This document shows, in pieces, positions 60,552-64,000 of a stretch of 64,000 nt of DNA. The number at the start of each line of letters is the position of its first letter. Position 1 is the first letter of the stretch. The stretch covers positions 23,134 through 87,133 of the forward strand of contig JBHLON010000008.1 of the NCBI GenBank assembly GCA_048940445.1, in the 5' to 3' direction. The DNA is from Promethearchaeota archaeon. GTDB taxonomy: Archaea > Asgardarchaeota > Lokiarchaeia > Sigyniarchaeales > SOKP01. Below the pieces are notes generated by a model that saw nothing but the letters and a program-made list of their open reading frames with translations, searched no databases and was not told where the DNA came from. The translations under genes and the position numbers were made by a program.

Positions 60552-62585
60552 TTGGTTTTAAATAGAAACATATCAAAAAAGATGAGATTTGGAACATGTT
60601 CTAAGGATTGCTATGGTTCTTGCGTTTTTATAGGTAAATGGGATGATCATGCACCAGAAATTAAATTCATATCAGCTACACCGTTAAAGCAACATCCTTT
60701 TACAAATGGGTTTTTTTGTGATAAATACAATCATAGGGAGAACTTAATTTATCATTCTCAACGAATTAAAAAACCTTTAATTCGAAAAGGTGATAAAGGG
60801 AGTAATGAATTTATACACTCGGATGTTGCATTCACGCTAGATATTATTGCTAGAAAATTACTTAAAGTTAAGCAGGATTTTGGTCCAAAATCTATTCTAG
60901 CAGCTTTTAATGCGGGAAATTATGGTTTGTTATCTAGATATGGCCCATTAAGATTCTTCGAAAAATTAGGAACTTCAATCACTACTGGTGGTATTTGTAA
61001 TGAAGGAGGATGTGCTGGATTAAAAGAGATTTTTGGGACCTACTCCACTACAAATCCTTTTCAAATTAAAAATCCATCAACAAAATTGATTGTAGTTTGG
61101 GGAAGTGATGTTTCTAATAGAAATGTACACGCTTATTACTTAATAAAAAAAGCGCAAAAAAGAGGTGTAAAATTGGTTGTTATTGACTCTCATAAAACTA
61201 AAATTGCAGAAGAAGCTAACATTTTTATCAATACAAAACCAGGAACGGACCATATCCTAGCACAAGCACTTATGAAGTGTTTATTAGAAACTCAATCCAT
61301 AGATCTGAAGTTCTTAAAGAATTACGTTGATAATTATAGAGCGATTATATTAAAATTATCTAAATTTGATTTTGATAATAAAACATCTTTTCTGGATCTT
61401 AAAAAATTGCATCAAATTGTTGATTTTTTAGTCAAATTTAAACATCACACCATTTTTAATGTGGGTTATGGGATTCAAAAAGATTTCTTTGGCGGTAGAA
61501 TTGTTCAAACAATAGGTTTGATACAAATATTACTTGGAAATTTTGGAAAACCTGGTACTGGTCTTATATATTCACAGAGTGATTTTAATCAAGGTTTTCT
61601 ATCAAGTATTATTAATTACATTATAAAACCGGGATTATCTCACAAATCAAAAGTATTTGAAACTAATTTAATCAAATTAGGCGAAAATCTAGCTTCTGAC
61701 AAGTATAAGATGCTCTTCATATATAATTTTAATCCCGCAAGTTCACTTCCAAATCAAAATCAAATTAAAGAATCCTTAATGAGAAAGGATTTATTTATAG
61801 TTGTACTTGAGCATTTTTTAAATGAGACTACTAAATTTGCTAATATCGTTATACCTTCAAAATTTGATCTTGAGACTTATGATCTAATTGCCCCATATTA
61901 CGTTCCTGGAATATCAATTAATGAAGCGGGACCATGTCCTTATCAAGAATGTTTTTCTAATTATGAATTTTTCCGTCAACTTGCATTAAAGATTGGTTTT
62001 CAGGATGATCCAATATTTAATGAAGATCAAGAATTGATTCTTAATAGGTGTTTAAACTTATTACCCTTAAAGATACGAAGAAGTATCAAGGAGAAGGCAT
62101 ATTACGTATTATTTAAAGAAGAAGATGTACCTTTTAAGAACCTTAAATTCCCAACACCTAAGGGGAAGATACAACTTAAAAATATCAGATTTAATTTTGG
62201 AGAATATCTTCATAAAGAAAGTTTAAAGCAAAATGAGTTTTTTCTACTTACTCCTTCTCATAAATATTTTATCCATTCTCAATTTGCTCAGATCCATCCA
62301 AACTATTTAAATGATTTTCAAAAAGTATTTCTATGCTCAGATGACATCAAAAGGTTAGGTTACGCTATAGGAGAGAAACTTAAAGTTTCAAATAGACTTG
62401 GTTCATCTACATATGAATTAGCAGAAGATAATTCATTGTATCCCTGTATAGCTATGATATATTCAGGTTCACCATTAAATTTAACAAAAAGTCAAAATGT
62501 AAATATTTTCATTTCTGATATTCCTGAGGAATTAGGTTTATCAGGAGCCTATAATTCCGCAAAAGTTTTTATCACTAAATTATAA
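60552..62585 (+). CDS. Molybdopterin/tungstopterin oxidoreductase (DMSO reductase family)
   Basis: CSKDCYGSC..HPFTNGFFC, ICNEGG, WGSD, PGTD, NPA, ETTKFA, HSQF. Confidence 0.87.
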   Translation: MVLNRNISKKMRFGTCSKDCYGSCVFIGKWDDHAPEIKFISATPLKQHPFTNGFFCDKYNHRENLIYHSQRIKKPLIRKGDKGSNEFIHSDVAFTLDIIARKLLKVKQDFGPKSILAAFNAGNYGLLSRYGPLRFFEKLGTSITTGGICNEGGCAGLKEIFGTYSTTNPFQIKNPSTKLIVVWGSDVSNRNVHAYYLIKKAQKRGVKLVVIDSHKTKIAEEANIFINTKPGTDHILAQALMKCLLETQSIDLKFLKNYVDNYRAIILKLSKFDFDNKTSFLDLKKLHQIVDFLVKFKHHTIFNVGYGIQKDFFGGRIVQTIGLIQILLGNFGKPGTGLIYSQSDFNQGFLSSIINYIIKPGLSHKSKVFETNLIKLGENLASDKYKMLFIYNFNPASSLPNQNQIKESLMRKDLFIVVLEHFLNETTKFANIVIPSKFDLETYDLIAPYYVPGISINEAGPCPYQECFSNYEFFRQLALKIGFQDDPIFNEDQELILNRCLNLLPLKIRRSIKEKAYYVLFKEEDVPFKNLKFPTPKGKIQLKNIRFNFGEYLHKESLKQNEFFLLTPSHKYFIHSQFAQIHPNYLNDFQKVFLCSDDIKRLGYAIGEKLKVSNRLGSSTYELAEDNSLYPCIAMIYSGSPLNLTKSQNVNIFISDIPEELGLSGAYNSAKVFITKL

Positions 62586-62589
62586 AGAC

Positions 62590-63117
62590 TTATTTTTTTT
62601 TATCTCTTCTTTTTATGAAAGCTACGTCACCTAAAGAGCTACCAGACGATTTTTTTAAGAACTTATCAGTTTGAACACTTGCTTCAACTTCATCAATCTT
62701 TTTTAGTAATTTTATATTAAAGAAATTCTCGATTTTTTTTGCTAAACTTATTGTTGGTTCGACTTTATGAGATTCAATTCTTCTGATTAATGAAGGTTTT
62801 TCATTGAGTTTTTGTGCAAACTGCTCTTGGTTAAGCTTTAATGTTTGTCTCGCTCTCCTTATTTTATGGTCATAATCTTCTACAAGATCAAAATTAGTTT
62901 CATAATCAGAAGTTTTGAATTTTTTCTGTGATGTTACACTTTTTGTTCTTTTTGGCATACTCTTTTTAGGCGTGAGAACTTTTTTCCCATGCTTTGCGCA
63001 AGCGGGACAAACAACGATATTAGCCCCTTCAATCAAAACATTAATTCCTTTACCCCATATTATACTGCCACAAATAGGGCATTCTTTACTTAAATCATTA
63101 ATTCCTTTTTTAGCCAT
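62590..63117 (-). CDS. mbf1: Archaeal multiprotein bridging factor aMBF1
   Basis: CPICG..IEGA..VCPACAKHG zinc ribbon + HTH QEQFAQKLNEK. Confidence 0.92.
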   Translation of the reverse strand: MAKKGINDLSKECPICGSIIWGKGINVLIEGANIVVCPACAKHGKKVLTPKKSMPKRTKSVTSQKKFKTSDYETNFDLVEDYDHKIRRARQTLKLNQEQFAQKLNEKPSLIRRIESHKVEPTISLAKKIENFFNIKLLKKIDEVEASVQTDKFLKKSSGSSLGDVAFIKRRDKKK

Positions 63118-63350
63118 AATTCGATATAAATAATTAAGGAGATGATTATATGAATAAAATTGGTTTGAGAATTCTTATAATTTTTGGTTTAAAGGGTTAA
63201 TCCATTATAAAATATAACCTATAAATTTTTTAAAACCCAACTTTTTTATGATATATCGGTATTACCTTAAATTTAAATGAAGAAATAGTTATTATAAAAT
63301 TAATCAATAATCTTTAAATTTAACACATTCATAAAGGGGTATTTTGCCTT

Positions 63351-64000
63351 TTGACCACAACTAAGGAAAAACGAAAAAAAGAAGAAACTAAGGATGGAGA
63401 ATATCTAATTACATATACCAGACATTTAGAAAAAAGACTTCGTAATTTAGAGACTGAAAAGCAATTATTAGATGCAGAAAGAATACGATTAGAACAAGAA
63501 TTACATAGTTTGAGAAATGAAATTGATAGATTAAGGGAACCTCCTTTGGTTTCTGCGACTATAATTGATATATTGGATGAAAAAGGAAGGGCAATAGTAA
63601 AAAGTTCTACTGGACCCAGTTTTGTAGTTAATATGAGTAGGAAGGTAAAAAATGAAAAATTAACCTCTGGAATGAGAGTTGCCTTAAATCAAAGAACCTT
63701 CGCCATTATGGAAGTTTTACCAACAAAATTGGATCCATTTGTTAAGGGAATGGAAGTTATTGATTCTATTCCCGATGTTTCTTATCAAGATGTAGGAGGA
63801 CTAAATCAACAACTAGAAGAAGTAAGAGAAACTGTCGAATTACCATTACTAAAACCGGATTTATTTAAGAAAGTAGGTATTGAACCACCTAAGGGTGTTT
63901 TGTTATATGGTCCTCCTGGAACTGGTAAAACTTTAGTTGCAAAAGCAGTTGCTCATGAGACAGAAGCTACTTTCATTAGAATAATAGGATCGGAATTAGT
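63351..64000 (+). CDS. pan: Proteasome-activating nucleotidase PAN (partial, runs off window)
   Basis: Manual translation: coiled coil, [46 protein letters not shown]. Confidence 0.95.
   Translation, partial: MTTTKEKRKKEETKDGEYLITYTRHLEKRLRNLETEKQLLDAERIRLEQELHSLRNEIDRLREPPLVSATIIDILDEKGRAIVKSSTGPSFVVNMSRKVKNEKLTSGMRVALNQRTFAIMEVLPTKLDPFVKGMEVIDSIPDVSYQDVGGLNQQLEEVRETVELPLLKPDLFKKVGIEPPKGVLLYGPPGTGKTLVAKAVAHETEATFIRIIGSEL

Noticed and set aside
1-64000. CRISPR arrays, rRNA, transposases/integrases, inteins, selenoprotein TGA read-through
   Set aside because: None seen by inspection; DP2, RtcB, Cdc6 and Rpo2 have normal lengths.

Overview
AT-rich archaeal chromosomal segment. Gene content points to Asgard archaea, probably Lokiarchaeia: PolD DP1/DP2, Cdc6, Rpo5/Rpo2, TFE, Nop5/fibrillarin, Cbf5, Elf1, CarS, PAN, a roadblock-Rab-like GTPase fusion and a longin protein. 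Most of the window is housekeeping. The main discovery is a protein-coding gene (longin + winged-helix, 36484-37273) interrupted by two short inserts of 34 and 30 nt. Each insert folds into an archaeal bulge-helix-bulge (BHB) splice motif, and cutting at the standard BHB positions restores one 241-aa ORF. The gene lies directly upstream of the RNA splicing ligase rtcB, with archease next. Two tRNAs in the window also carry non-canonically placed introns. Other candidates: an unannotated 50-aa WH2-like actin-binding peptide, a coiled-coil/polyproline/helix protein next to a BAR-like protein, an 8-gene cluster with a kite-like protein, a degenerate SMC-like protein and an AAA ATPase, tandem AN1-zinc-finger membrane proteins (an S2P protease and a rhomboid pseudoprotease), and a 5-repeat protein. 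All family assignments come from motifs recognised by eye. No searches or folding programs were run.
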